Origin: Octopus vulgaris
Lineage: Eukaryota
DNA: 64,000 nucleotides
NCBI GenBank assembly: GCA_951406725.2
Contig: OX597814.1
Location: 213,032,001 to 213,096,000 of the forward strand
Reading direction: 5' to 3'
Made by a program: the position numbers and the translations under genes. The notes beneath the pieces were generated by a model that searched no databases, was not told the DNA's origin, and saw nothing but the letters and a program-made list of their open reading frames with translations. This document shows positions 28,955 through 43,708 of this stretch, piece after piece (position 1 is the stretch's first letter; each line of letters begins with the position of its first letter).

Positions 28955-29166
28955 CAACGACATTCACTAGTACAACACTAAATACAAAATCAAATATATA
29001 GTTAAGTTAAGTTAATTTTGGGGCTCAAAAGGCAAAAAGCAAGGCCATGTAGGGGGGCATGGAATTATGTACAGGGTGGTGTTCATGCAAAGAGTTCAGG
29101 CCATTTAGGCATAACAACAACACGAACTTCCGACCTGTTGTCTATTGAGGGCTCTGGTAATAATAT

Positions 29167-29296
<130 letters not shown>

Positions 29297-29655
29297 CCCT
29301 GATGCAGTACCAGGCAGAGGCTCTCATGGCTTCTGATCTTAACTGATTGGAAGTGTTATCATGTACATTGTTTTGTCTTGGTATAAAAGATGGGCTACAG
29401 CAAATATTCTGCTCAATACCACAGATTTGCTTGTCAGTTGTTTGACCTTAACCAGTTGAGCATGTCCCTTAGTGGCTGACGATATGTGCATCTCTGATCA
29501 CGAGCAGAAGTAGTGGGGGAGCATCATAGCCATGTGTTGAGAGGGATTCTTTGGGGTTTGAATAGTTCACCTCTGGAAACATGGGTGGTTCTTTCAACAT
29601 CCTTAAACAACCCTTATTCAGAGACCGTTTGATGGCATGAACTGCTCTCTCACTC

Positions 29656-29728
<73 letters not shown>

Positions 29729-29869
29729 TGAAAGCAAAAGAATGAATGAAACCTCGATATTATGTAAATAGAGGAATTTATAAATATATGATATAGGATA
29801 ATCAGTAAGTTGTAATAATTCTCGGATATTTGAAACACCTTACTGATTGTCATATATCATATCTGTATG

Positions 29870-29912
<43 letters not shown>

Positions 29913-29916
<4 letters not shown>

Positions 29917-30342
29917 TGTTTTGCGAAATGAGATGAAAACCAGGGCTGTATAGATATTAGAGCATTTATAGATAAATGCTCTAATATCTGTACACCCTTG
30001 GTTTTTTCTATCTCATTACGCAAAAAATGCTTATATACAAGCGCTGACATAGAACCAACGTCGAACCCTTTATTGGCAATATTACCGAATCTGGAACTTA
30101 TCCATGGTCTGTCTATAGCACTTATTCAGCATTACCTGACACCTTTGGGTCTCAATGACACCATTTAGGGAGTCATCGTAATTGTTATAATGTCTTGTTG
30201 TTGAGATAGGCTCTCTCTTTTTCCTGATGAGACGATTGCATTTTACACCGTTTATTCCTTTGGAATAAAACCAATGTTGTCTTCGAAACATGTCGAAAGT
30301 AAAAGAATCTTAATAACATCTGCGTTCAACTCCATTTATTTA

Positions 30343-30345
<3 letters not shown>
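29913..30345 (+). mobile_element. Non-autonomous PLE/retrozyme-like element: 5' hairpin plus hammerhead, flanked by (TA)n
   Basis: Inverted repeat at 29919-30025, HHR at 30219-30299, TA runs on both sides. Confidence 0.65.
30219..30299 (+). ncRNA. Type I hammerhead ribozyme
   Basis: ttttc CTGATGA [gacga...tttattcc-ttt-ggaataaa...ttgtcttc] GAAAC AT GTC gaaag; palindromic stem III ACATGT; GUC triplet ending at 30294. Confidence 0.75.
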
Positions 30346-30399
<54 letters not shown>

Positions 30400-30790
30400 G
30401 TTGCTGACCACCTTTTGTACTTACACTTTAGGTCCATCATAGCGTTTGATGTGATTCTTTAAACCAGACAATGTATTGAAAAGACACACATATGTTGCAT
30501 ATCTGATTTGGACCAGCTTGAGCTGCAGTTAAGTTCTCATCTCTGTGGATCTTAAAATGTCTTTGGAAGCCTCCGTTAGCTTTGCAGACCTTATGACATA
30601 CACGGCATTCAAAGGTTTGCACAAATATGTAGGCAGTGTAATTGGTGGAAGTTCGCTTTTCATGTGTCCGCAAATGAGATTTGAGCGCAGCAAAAGAAAG
30701 GCACTGTCTATCATAGATTGTGAACCAAAAATGGTCGCTGAGATTCACCTCATTGATCGCAACTTTCTTTATTAATTCTCCCTTGAGTTT
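30400..30790 (-). pseudogene. Degenerate C2H2 zinc-finger cluster, probably an RTE LINE ORF C-terminus
   Basis: LSFAALKSHLRTH, CRVCHKVCKANGGFQRHFKIH, then CNIC with a frameshift; the upstream part of ORF 30437..31408 is microsatellite. Confidence 0.55.
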
Positions 30791-31084
30791 TGCATGTACA
30801 TATCTATGTGTGAGAGAGAGACACACACAGACAGACATAGAGAGAGAAAGAGTGTTACGAGATTTAATGCTGGTATACCGAGAGATGGATTCTAGCGATT
30901 TGAGTGCATGGCTTGAAAATACCTCGGGTGGATACCCCTGGAAATATTTTCTTGTTGAATTCAATACTTTTGATTCGGTTTTCAAAGAGAAAGTTTTCGC
31001 TAACGCGGAAACATTGTTCAATCTTTGTAATGAAGAATGGAATTTATCGTTAGAGACAGAAGTTGAAGTCACAGTAGCGATAGT

Positions 31085-31420
31085 AACATCAGCTTCCGCT
31101 GCACTAGCAGTAGCAGACGAGAAGAAGGAATAGGAGTAGGAGTAGGACCAGGAAGAAAAAGAAAAAGAAGAAGAAGAAGAAGACGTTGATGATGATGATG
31201 ATGATGATGATGAAGTAGAAGAAGAAGAAGAAGAAGAAGAAGAAGAAGAAGAAGAGGAAGAGGACGAAGAAGAGGCATGACAAAGATGAAAAAGAACAAC
31301 AACAACAAGAACGCCAACAGCAACTACTACTACTATTACAACGACAAAAACAAAGAGAGGAAAGAGGGAAAAGTATGATGATAGCGTGATGATGATGGGG
31401 ATGAACATATCATCATGAAG
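31085..31420. repeat. Compound trinucleotide microsatellite (GAA/GAT/AAC/TAC)
   Basis: Direct reading. Confidence 0.9.
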
Positions 31421-33149
31421 ACGGAGATAATGGACATGTGGATGTACATGATAATGACGATTTTAATGATGTGAACGTCAATTATATTTCAGTTTTAACT
31501 AAATGTTGGATGGCATGTAATAGCTTATATTTCCCTTTCTGATCGATTAACCAAATAACTGTTATAGATTAATTATATCGTTAGTATCACTTCACTTCAA
31601 CTCATTGTCTTTTATAATGGCGTAATTTTTGCCTACTACTTCTGAATTTGAAAGCAATTTGCAATCGAATGAGGTTCATTAATTCATTTTCGCAATTATT
31701 TACTTTAGTTAAAGCTGTAGCGCGTCTTTATTGCTATATTTCCTTTAACTAACGCTCATTAGTTCGCTTAATTTAACAGTAAAATCTTGGTATTTGATCA
31801 CTGTCTCCATCGTCTAAGAAGTGTTGCCTACATTACTTTGCTGTTCAAACTTACAAATAGATATGTTACAGATGTAATAATAGAATTTATTCCGTCCCCG
31901 CAAAAGTATTTCCTAGATATATTTTGTAATGTGTAAATTAACTGTCAGCCATCTAGCCATTTTAGAATATGGTTATGTGTCTGGTTTTATAGCACTCGAC
32001 AATTTTAATATATTTATTACATTTTATCGTTATTTACTTTTGTATAATTTCTGTCGCTTTTGGTATGATGTTCTCTACTGTGCATTGCACCATTTCATTA
32101 ACGACTGCTGCTCACATAAGTATGACAGAACAATTACATTGAAGTTATATATGTATTCTAGGAGGGAGAATATTTAATGAGACATGAAGAGAAAATATAA
32201 AAAATATTGAAGGTGCTATGGGCATATATAATTGTATATAAAAATGTTTCAGAAATGTTAACATTAACCGTAACCTACAAGCACGTTTACCATGATGTAA
32301 ATCTTCCCAGAAAATCCTCAATTGCCCACGAGAGGTAAGAAACAATTTAGGTAATCCTACGCAATCATTCAATCTGCTAGATATACCAGTCAAGCTTCCC
32401 TCAAGTCACATTATACATTTTAGAGAAAGAAGAGCATATTGAATAAGTTAGTCCTAGGAAATCGAGATAAGGATGTTATACCAAGAGAGCTTTTAATCCG
32501 CACACAATCACAAGAAATGAGCGAATATCTACAAGAATTAGCAAACTCTTATTATATATTAATTCTTAACATAAAGTATCTATCATGAACGTACTCAAAA
32601 GATGTGTTTTTATATAATAGCATTGAACAAAGTGCTGCAATAATAGCAATGGTGAAAAGTGACAAAGCTGTTAGAGACAGCTCCAATTTATAGAAAGAAT
32701 AAACAAAATGAGTAGGAGAATAAAATAAGATGCTCCATAACAAAGCATTATTAGGTAGTATATAGATAGATAATAATAAACAGAACTCACATAAATAAAT
32801 AATAATATATAAAATAAATAACACTAGCAAAACGAAAATAACATGGCAGCTGCAATGAAATTGTGTGTGATATTCATCATCTCTCACACAATATTAATGC
32901 ACGTCATACGTACATTAAGTGTATTCTTTAATTCCTGGTATCAGCTACGAAGCCGTACGCTTAGTGTGGGCATATTAATCAGACTAATTACACTCTTCTC
33001 TCGACCTAGCATAAAGAATTTCAGAAGAGTAAAAATTCTGACTTTATCATCTCTTTTTTGCTCAATTGACTCTTGATTAAGTTGATGGAAGTTAGGCCTG
33101 AGCAGCAACGCTGTCCTTCAGAATTCCAACCATTTGAAGCATCTTGCCT

Positions 33150-34300
33150 TTACTTCAGAATATGTTTCATATAAATAACAATCACATATATTGATCAATA
33201 CCGTGATTACCCAAGAATCTCTGAGGTTACATCGGTCGCTGCGTATTCAAACTGATCACGGGTTTTCTTGGAGAAAGAATGAAAGGCTGGTGATAGAAAC
33301 ATACCAAAGTTATATAGGGTTAAACTCCCATCCGCAGGTTTTTCAAGGACAGTTACTGAAAAACTGAGTGGAACTGACCACTCTGTTCGCGTCTGCCTAT
33401 AAAAAAAACCCAATAATTGGACACGCTGTCCAGGGGAGAAGTTGCATTTCCGGATTCTGTTTCGAAGTATCACCTATGGTTAATGCATGTCCTCATTAAG
33501 TCAGTTTTTGCACAAATTTAGAGAGATATTGCCCATCTCGATTTTTGAGATACGATAATGGTGACGTCGGTGACATGTACAGAACCATCTCTACATTTGG
33601 AATGAGATGAACTTTACAGCCTCCAACCAGCAAAGCAAATTCTCCATAGCCGAGTAAGGTGTAAATCATGCCTGGCGAAAAGGCCGTAAAATGTGAAAAC
33701 ATACCTATAAGCGGCGTACTTTTGACGGACGAAAAAATGCCACTGTACATCCAGCTTCTGAAGACGTGGTTGAAAGCAATGGTTTTTATGAGTAGTTGGG
33801 TAGTGATGGTCAATGCTGTCGTATGTTTTAGCCTAATCTAAATTTACCAAAAACTCATCGAAGTCATATCTATAGAAAACCTTCTAAATCTTTGCTGAGA
33901 TCGATTTTCGCAACATTTCACATCTTCGATCGCTCGTCACTGCAAGCTGTTTTGGTAGGAATCGATGTCCACATTATTGTGTCCATCACTCTTCGCGAAC
34001 AGTTCGGCAAAGTGCTACTGAAAAGAAGCACCCGGTTCAGAGGCATTATATGTTGGTTGATGTAGCGTAAGTCATAGGAGAACGAAATCTATATTTGCGT
34101 CAGCATCGTATTCACCTGCTTCGAGTTATTGGGAAGCACCCGGAATCCTGAGACTAAATCGTTATTTACTTTGTGTTCATTTAGAGTTCAGGTGATTTAT
34201 GGCTATAGAGACACAATGTGACTAAAAACTGGTGTCGCATATTGCCGTACACCAATTAACCGTGTGTGGTCATCGCAGTGTCATCAAAGAAGAACAAACA
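33150..34300 (-). mobile_element. Heavily decayed Tc1/mariner-superfamily transposase
   Basis: SLTLYNFGMF resembles PDLTPxDFFLWG and KKTRDQFEYAATDVTSEIL resembles the C-terminal helix; many frameshifts. Confidence 0.4.
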
Positions 34301-34391
34301 ATTCTCCTATGATATATACTGCACCGACTACTATACTTTTCATCTGAACCTGCCTAGATATGTAAAGAATAAATATGGGAATAATCGTTTT

Positions 34392-34392
34392 A

Positions 34393-34428
<36 letters not shown>

Positions 34429-34491
34429 TGTATGTATGTATGTATGTATAAGTGTACACACATATATATACACACATATAGGGACACAGAT

Positions 34492-34569
<78 letters not shown>
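34392..34569. repeat. (TATG)n and (TG)n microsatellites
   Basis: Direct reading. Confidence 0.95.
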
Positions 34570-34572
<3 letters not shown>

Positions 34573-37500
34573 CACTGCATCAGGAATGATTCTGTAACTT
34601 ATTATTTTAAGATATGATCAGCTTTGTTCCGAATGTTTCCCAAGTGTTTATTAGCTCTGCTATAACAGCATTTAAATTTTCCTCAAATCAGTATTCGCGT
34701 CCGAAAAGTTTTCCTCAAATCTAGTACTCCAGTTCGAGAAATACTACTTCTCCAAAAATATATAGAAGTGACGTTTATTATTGGGGAAAGGTTTGGTGTA
34801 AGTTGTAGCCAGGCAACAACGAATTCATCCCATTCCCTTTTTTTCATACAGATCGCTCTCGTACTAGCATATGATATAGTTATTACGTACTGAAAGAATG
34901 AAGGGAAAGAAACATAAATTTTTCAAAAACTATTGTGGTTAGGAACTCGATGGTTGTACGTGTATAGGTGTTCTGCGTGTGAAAACCATGAGAGAAGATA
35001 TTTAAATCTAGATTGCTCTTGTTCTGAGAGATAGCATGGTCAGACTGGACTGCGTTAAATGCAGAAGTCAGGAGGAAAAGAACCGTGTGCTTGGTTGGAT
35101 TTAGCGAAGCATTCCTCAATCTACTAGTTTAGAGTTTTTCATTCCACGATTACTAGAACGCTGCTCTACGTTAGTGGATGGATGGCACTAAGAGGAGTAG
35201 CTTTCTTTGAGTGTTCCGGGGAATATTTCTTAGCGTGTCTTATAATATATCAGCAATTGCGCCTAGTGCTCTCTGGCTTGCTAGCTCCTCAAACCGTACA
35301 GCCCATGCCACCATGGAAGTCGGACGTAAAATGATAGTGACGGTAATATGATGAGCTTCTGTACAGTTTCCATCTACAAATTTCACTCAGAAGGCAGTGA
35401 TCAGCTCAGTGGCATGCTACTTGCCTAATGTGCCATGCAGTGGAATCGAACCTGAAATCATGTGTTTGTGAAGGGAACTTAAATACACGGCTATGCCTGC
35501 GTTCATTGGGAGAATTAAAAAGTTCCACACTTTCCAATGAAGCGTGGTTTATTGCATTCACATAGACTAAATCATTTTCCAGTTACTCAGCTGGAAAAAA
35601 TGAATGGTACCTGTATTTCAAAGGGCCAGCCTTGTCACACTCTATGTCACGTTGAATCTCCCTGAGAACTACGTTAAGGGTATGCGTGTCTGTGAAGTGC
35701 TCAGCCACTTGCATGTTAATTTCACGTGTAGGCTTTTCCGTTGATTGGATCAGCTGGAACCCTTGTTGCCGTGAGTGACGGAGTGCCAAGAATAGCGAGG
35801 TCAAATATGTATTTCTATTTTGATGAATCATATAACCGACAGTGAAAAGAAATTCGTGTTTTGAGGAGCTTTACTTGCAATATTGTAAGTACAAATTTGT
35901 TATGGTATTTCGTTAGTGAATATAAATCCGCGTTGGATAAGAAAAACAAAGGCCCAATAATTAATGATTGTATGTTGAAAGTATCAAATTTATGTAAGGC
36001 AAGAGTTAAAGCAAAATACAATTTCTATCAATTAACATACTCGAGTTTTCCTCTGGATATTCAATTATGCTAAAGTTCAACAAACACAACTAAAGGTAGC
36101 TTCATACTGTTAAGTTCCTTACAAAATTTGGTTTCCCTTCCGTAGAAATAATAAATCATTTCTATTGCTTTCTAAAATTTGCATGATAAGAACTGCATAG
36201 TTTATGTCTGAATGGTTAACTGTAGCTTTTGCAAGACAGTGAATACATGATTATTATTTTGCTCTTCTCCAATATGTATGATATTGTGTTAATATAAGAA
36301 ATAAAAATTGGGTGATAGCTAAATGTCTTTGTGTATAGAGTACAACAATCATTTTATTCTTCTGATATCAACAAAATCGGTGTTAGTAATATGCAAGCAT
36401 GACTTCTTTCAAAAGTTTCAAAACAATCGCCTTGATGTTCAGAATATTAAATTTCGTCACATGATTATTGTACACAGAGATTCTATACAATTACAAATAT
36501 GAAAACGTTTATATTACTATATGTCGCTTCATTTTATAAATGTTATGTATTAATGCCTTATAATTATTGGTAATTAATATCTTAGCTAATTGGCTCTAAT
36601 GTGATTAGTGTAATGGTGTAATCTGTCGATGTATTAACTTTTCACCCTTTCGTAAACTGCGGAGAGTAATAAAATTATACAATGTACATCTACATCAGAA
36701 AACCTACGAATATCAACATATTACATTTGCAATCATTGTCAATAATAATTAAAACGTCTTATCAAATACATTTATTTCTCAAGTATTGAGGGTTGAGTGT
36801 GATTAATATACAATTATTGATGCTGTCTACTGGTAATGTTTGTTAATTATAGTCCTCATAGAGGTCACTTTTGATTTAATTGCTTCATGGAGAGAAAGAA
36901 ACGTTTTGGTTCAAGGAGATGAATTAAAATTGACCGCTCAAAATGTATTAATGTTGGAAAGCTTCGCAAGTGCGGCGAGTGGCAGAATCATTAGGATGGC
37001 AGTCTCAATTATGTTGTCTTCAATACATTTACCTTGGAAAGTGTATTGAGAACATCCAGAACGCCTCAGATATCCTATCATAGGATCAACATTTTCGAAA
37101 TGGGATTAAATTAAATTTGAAATTTGTTTAATATACAGAGAAAACTTATATAAAGGAAATTCAAATATCTACCTACGAAATTTGAACGTTTATTGATATT
37201 GGTTTTAAATTTTGGCGTGAAATCAACAATTTTAAGGGAAGATATATGTGGATTATATTGACACACTACTCAGATGGTACTTATTTTATGGACCCCCAAA
37301 GGATGAAAGGCAAAATCGTCCTCGTCGGAATTTAAACTCAGAACGTAAAGACGGACGAATTGCCACTAAGCAATTTGTCCGGGGCGCTAACGATTTGGTC
37401 AGTACATACATATATGCATACATATATATGCGTTTATGAGTGAATGTATGTATAATAGGTACACATACATTCGCAAATACGAGAGATGGAGGGGAAATGT

Positions 37501-38366
37501 GTGAGAAAATAAGAGAGAGAAAAAGAAGATTGAATGAAGGCAAAAACAGTCTCTGACACGAAAACATCACATAGTACAGAACGATATTAAGTGAAGTAGC
37601 ATATCCACACCATCTCAGAGCTTTATACGCGAAAGGGAACAGTATACGCAATCACTCATCTTGTAAGAAATAACGACCATTTCTCTAACAAATCACACCT
37701 CACCATTCCAGAATATTCATGTCCCATAGAATACCGTAATCGTAAATACATTGTCCTTAAAGCCAGACAGTATTATCACCACTCCATGAAATTTCACTAA
37801 GTTCTACGTAACAGCCATCTCCTTTGAATAATAATAATATATTCTTCAATGATATTATATTACACAACAATACATTTCTAATGCATATAATATATTAAAT
37901 ATTTTCTAATAATATATTTATTCAATAATAATATATTTCCATAATAACATATTGCGACAACTGTTGATGGATAAATATTGTTAATTTTTTTTTATATAGA
38001 TATAAGTTCAGTAATTGTAATGTAGTGTAATATATCGTTCTTTGTATGTTATCGTCGATTACTTTATGGAACTCCGCCGTATGAAATGCAAATTACGATT
38101 AAAAATTGAAAGCAAGATTTCAAGCAGAGTTGGTGAACCTAAACGCTTTACTACTTTCATTCCGATTCTATTTGCCTCAACCTTATGCACTGCTCTTGCT
38201 TGAAGTAACACATGAAATAATCAATTATTGAAACTACATGAAATATTAAAGGGAATTAATATGATAAAATCAACATTTCGGATGCAGTATCCAATGGCTG
38301 AAATGTTTAGTGGTAATTTTATTATTATTTGCTTGACGAGGGCAAAAAACTATTCCACCAGAACTA

Positions 38367-38481
38367 TTGTATTTGGAATCCTAGAAAGAATATATTATCG
38401 TAAACATTAAAAAAAAAGCTAAATTTGTATTTGGAATCCTAGAAAGAATATATTATCGTAAGCATTAAAAAAAATCTAAAT
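38367..38481 (+). repeat. ~57 bp tandem duplication
   Basis: ttgtatttggaatcctagaaagaatatattatcgtaa occurs twice. Confidence 0.9.
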
Positions 38482-39801
38482 TAAAATACCTAAACTTGTT
38501 CATGTGCAGACCACTGCTGGCTGAAATACAGCTCTCTGATAGCCGGAACTATCACTGGATTACCACATTTCAACGATGGATGTCTCGTTTCACTAGAGCT
38601 TTTGTATAAAGCTTACGGTTCATTTCAAATGTCATGTCCGCTTGAAAACATATTTGGATGTTATTCTCTCCCCACCTCGCCTCTCCTACTTTCACACTCT
38701 CTCTTTCAAATTCCCACTCTTTCTAATAAAATTGTCATCCAAAAGATTATGAAATGAATTGTTTCATACCCACAGACAAGATTTTTTTTTTATGTTTCTT
38801 TGTTACAGGTTTTTTGTAAATCTGTTTCTTATACACCACCTATTTATTTCAGCGGTTTTAACACTGATGGAATTCTATCCTTCCAGTTTATTGAAGCCAT
38901 TATAGTTTCTATGACCGCAATACTAACACGCTTCCAACATAGAATAATGCTTATGTTCCATCGAAGTTAAATGTTTTTCCATAATTTGTACCAAGTCAAA
39001 GCTTTCTCATCGTCCGTATCATTTTATCAGAATCTATTCTTCCAGTTAGAAAATGCAGTTATGTGCAAATTAAATTAAACAAACGCTCCGAAAGAACGTA
39101 GATTCAACAGCTGAATACTATGTACATTATGGGCTACATTTGGAGGGGAAAATCAATTTCTTTTTCCTAATGTTCTGGTATGTTTCAATATTTACGAAAT
39201 ATAAGCCAGGTTACTGCGCTAACGATTGCAATCCATGCAGCGCTCCTAGAGCTGTATGAATTCCAGTCGTTTAAATATTCCTTGACTGCAAATCAATTAT
39301 ATAAGGGATAGGAAGTAAGTGTGTCTTAACTCATCGATTAATTCTGGGGTTGTAACAGAAACAGCCTTAATGAAATTCAATTCTCGTAATTTATTTATTT
39401 TCTGGCTAATTACTTCACCTCCACATGGAGTTGAGATATCTGTAGCCGTTTAAGCGTAACGTTTTAGGGAGTATTCTCCCTAATTTGTTATAAACCACGT
39501 ACAATTTAAAGTTAATACTAATGGCTAATGAATTATTATGTAACTGTTCAATATTACAGACACTTCACACAGTTTTATTACTCTTCAGTATTACATTTAG
39601 AGACGTTACCTTATATTGAACAATACCTAATTCAAAGGACATTCTAACCATCTAAGAATTTTATACTATCATTTAATGAAAAGAGCATCTTTGTAGTTTT
39701 TCAGGTTAACTATTGTAGAACTTACTGTCGCAAACGACAGATGAAGGCTCTGCAACATATTGCTGAACAACCAGCACAGGTGATTTGTTTAGCAAATATT
39801 T

Positions 39802-39939
39802 GTGCGGTAACCAACCACATGGTTCCGAGTTCAGTCCCACTGCATGGCATCTTGGGCAAGTGTCTTCTACTATAGCCCCGGGCCGACCAATGCCTTGTGA
39901 GTGGATTTGGTAGACGGAAACTGAAAGAAGCCTGTCGTA

Positions 39940-39996
<57 letters not shown>

Positions 39997-40215
39997 CTGT
40001 GTTTGTCTCCCCAGCATTGCTTGACAACCGATGCTGGTGTGTTTATATCCCCGTTACATAGCGGTTCGGCAAAAGAGACCGATAGAATAAGTACTGGGCT
40101 TACAAATAATTAGTCCCGGGGTCGATTTGCTCGACTAAAGGCGGTGCTCCAGCATGGCCGCAGTCAAATTACCGAAACAAGTAAAAGAGTAAAAGAGTAA
40201 AAGAGTAAAAGAGTA
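39802..40215 (+). mobile_element. SINE, family B (5'-truncated) with (gtaaaaga)n tail
   Basis: Matches the other family B copies. Confidence 0.9.
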
Positions 40216-40478
40216 CTTTCGCTACACAACCCATCGCCATCAAATCGGCAGTGCCTGTTGAAGTTCACGGCAGACGAACGGAAAATGTACTATTTTACTG
40301 AAGAACACAAAGCACCGCCCGATCCGGGAATCGGAACATTAATAGATAATGCAACACGTTAAACACTGGGCCACACGCTTTCACAAGATGGTGTAATTAA
40401 GTAATAAAAAATGTTTAGCCTTTATCTTCTCAGAGATTTCAAAAAATTACATCTGTTTATGAAATAAAGATCATTAAA

Positions 40479-40648
40479 GGCGCAGGAGTGACTGTGTGGT
40501 AAGTAACTTGCTTGTGAACCACATGATTCCGGGTTCAGTCCCACTGCGTAGCACCTTAGCCAAGTGTCTTCTACTATAGCAACGGGCCGAGGAAAGCCTT
40601 GTGAGTGGATTTGGTAGACGGAAACTGAAAGAAGCCCATCGTTTTATG

Positions 40649-40708
<60 letters not shown>

Positions 40709-40903
40709 TCCCCCCAACTTGACAACCGATGCCGGTGTGTTGACGTCCCCGTCACTTAGCGGTTCGGCAAAAGAAACCGATAGAATAAGTACTAGGCTTA
40801 CAAAGAATAAGTCCTGGGGTCGATTTGCTCCACTAAAGGCGGTGCTCCAGCATGGCCACAGTCAAATGACTGAAACAAGTAAAAGAGTAAAAGAGTAAAG
40901 AGT
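40479..40903 (+). mobile_element. SINE, family B, full length
   Basis: ggcgcaggagtgactgtgtggtaag head and gtaaaagagtaaaagag tail. Confidence 0.9.
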
Positions 40904-41096
40904 TCGTCTTCGAAAATTTATATCTACTCCAAAAATGAAATCACGACGCCTTAGGATTGGTATGGCCGTTCTAAATGAATTATCCCCAAGTATTCACTCA
41001 GGATATTACAAATAAGGTTATATTTGTATTTCATTTTGGGATTTGGTTTGCAAGATTCTTTCTGTGAGTTAGTGCGTTGAAGCATATGTTTTTCTT

Positions 41097-41700
41097 TCTA
41101 GGGAGAGTCATTCTCTTTTAGTGCCATACACATTCACCGGTAAAATTTCCACTCATTTATCTTTCTAAAAATTTCGCTGCATCTTGCAACCTTTTCAATA
41201 CTTGTTGACTCTGTCCGTTATTCAAGTTGCATTATTTTTGCTTGTGTGCATGTATGTGGGTCAGTGTGTGTGTGTGTGCATACACATGTATGCATGTATG
41301 CAACCATGTACGTTTATGTATGCATGTATGAATATATGTGTGTGTATGTGTATACGTATGTGTGTATATTTCTATGTATGTATTCTGCATATTCATGTGT
41401 TTGCGTGTTTTTAAATGCGTGTGTGTTTTCGGATGCGTGTGTGTACCGCTGTGTCCTTATGTGTGCATGTCTGACTCTGTGTGTATGAGTGTGTGTGTGT
41501 GTGTATGTATGTGTGTTGTATGGCTGTGTGTTGACTATCTATTATTCAAGAATGCGGCTTCAATAACTGACAAAGTCAAAACTATTGAAAAGGTTGCAAG
41601 ACGCAACAAAAATTTTAGAAAAATAATTAAGTAAATGATTGAAATTTTACCGGTGAGTGTGTTAAATTATAAGGCACTAAAAGAGAATGACTCTCCCCAG
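41097..41700. repeat. Diverged inverted repeat (~140 bp arms) around a degenerate TG/TA tract
   Basis: gggagagtcattctcttttagtgcc...cttgcaaccttttcaata mirrors tattgaaaaggttgcaag...ggcactaaaagagaatgactctccc. Confidence 0.85.
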
Positions 41701-41935
41701 ACACAATGTTATATTAGTATTAATTCATTAATAATTAAATCCGTGACATTATTTTCTTAATAATAGAATTGTTTTCCTTCCCTCTAGTGCATCTCCTAAT
41801 GCCAATAATCATGTACATATAAATTTGTGCGTGTGCGCATGTGCATGTTTGTGTGCGTGTGTGCATGTGCGTGTTTGTGTGTGTCTATATATACATGCAT
41901 GTATATATACGTACACACACACACACACACACACA

Positions 41936-41981
<46 letters not shown>

Positions 41982-43185
41982 CATAAGTGAATTGCTCACC
42001 ATACTTTGCCACAACAGACCCCCATTACTTAATAGATTCTCAGATCTAATACTATCTTATAAACACAGTTTTTACTCATCATTTGCATAATTTATTAAAT
42101 ATATGTATTCCCATAACTATAAGTATCCTTACTCAAAATTAATCCTGTGGTACGACAAGGTCAGCCTACCAACTTACTACCTCAACTAATACTACCATCA
42201 TTATTATACTATTCGTTTTCATTGTTACCTTTGCAAAATCGTCTAACCCACTACCTTCCATCTCCCTTATAGCTACCCCACCCTTACAAGTGGTCTCTTC
42301 CCATTTCTCCTCCTCAACCAAAAGCACTTACCGCTACTCCCACTGATTTGGATACTAACCTGTCAACTCCTACCCCCTCCTTATTCACTTCCCTCTGTTC
42401 AATTCCATACACCTCTGCATGTCACTTCGTTCCCTCACCAATACCAACCCACATTTATAATCCCACAAACCTCTGCTATTTTGACCACGAACTCTGTTCA
42501 GCCCTTCTACCCTCTCCCATACTGTTCTACATGCCTCAGTAATCTCTGTTTGTCGGTGAACTAAACACCTTACTTTCCTCAAATAATTACCATTCCTTCT
42601 TTCACGACCTCAAAAATAATTCTATAGTTTTCATCCCTACACTTTAACAAACTCAACACAATAGACTACTATTCATATACTAACTATCCCACCCTCCAAT
42701 TCATCGTCCTACTCCTAACGCTACTACTACTTACTTGCTAGCCACATTATTAAACCCTAACACTTCTTGAACTATCTTTTCTAGTCTCACCATTCTCGCG
42801 TCTAATACACCCAACCCTCCACATTTAATCATTCCATATTTGAACTCTGCATTAAGATATGAGATGTATGATCCTCTCGACCCTGAGGACCAAGACTCAT
42901 ATCATCCTATATCAAATGCATCCACATATATCGGGCATATATCGTGACAGTCTAAATCCACTAATGTTTTTACACATCGCCAAGCTCCCAGAAACAGCTG
43001 TTAAATTTATAATGCATTTCTTCCAACATTTCTTCCAACATAAATTATTAGAGAGTTATCCCTATGTGGATAGCTCTAGTGCTAAAAATAGCTCCGTTAG
43101 TATAGCCACAGAAAATATGTTTCCAAGTAGAAATAACATTACATTTTACGGAAGGAAAGTGAAACATAACGAATAAATAGATTGA

Positions 43186-43259
43186 CACTGAACAATTGTT
43201 TCATTACTAATGTTATATGTAATTTTACTTACATAGACATCTATAAATCATCAGCAGAG
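43186..43259 (-). ncRNA. Type I hammerhead ribozyme
   Basis: Minus: ctctg CTGATGA [tttatagatgtctatgtaa-gtaaaa-ttacatataacattagtaat] GAAAC AATT GTT cagtg; palindromic stem III; GUU triplet. Confidence 0.75.
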
Positions 43260-43477
43260 GTTTGTCTTAAATACAATTTATTAGACCAACACGAGCGTCA
43301 ATTACACGTGCGGTTTAACCAATTGCATTTTTAGTTATGCCTCAAAATTCCCCGCGAAAAGCATGCTAAGACTCGCTGGAAACGTATGCTGCATCAAATA
43401 AAATATTTACTGCCGCATAATTAAAATTTATAAATTTATAAATGAGGGTGAGAAATTGATATTAATTTAATAATACC

Positions 43478-43708
43478 TATTTCTTTATTACCCACAAGGG
43501 GCTAAACACAGAGGGGACAAACAAGGACAGACATAGGTATTAAGTCGATTACATCGACCCCAGTGCGTAACTGGTACTTGATTTATCGACCCCGAAAGGA
43601 TGAAAGGCAAAGTCGACCTCGGCGGAATTTGAACTCAGAACGTAACGGCAGACGAAATACGGCTACGCATTTCGCCCGGCGTGCTAACGTTTCTGCCAGC
43701 TCGCCGCC
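43478..43708 (-). mobile_element. SINE, family A, young, with 16 bp TSD
   Basis: ttaatttaataatacc at 43462-43477 and 43709-43724; near-identical to 48903-49133. Confidence 0.92.

Noticed and set aside
30437-31408. 323 aa ORF as a host zinc-finger gene
   Set aside because: The N-terminal half is trinucleotide microsatellite, the first finger lacks its cysteines and the third is frameshifted; better explained as a LINE relic
32200-32540. Possible GIY-YIG C-terminal relic (RELLIRTQ)
   Set aside because: Too short and degenerate to support
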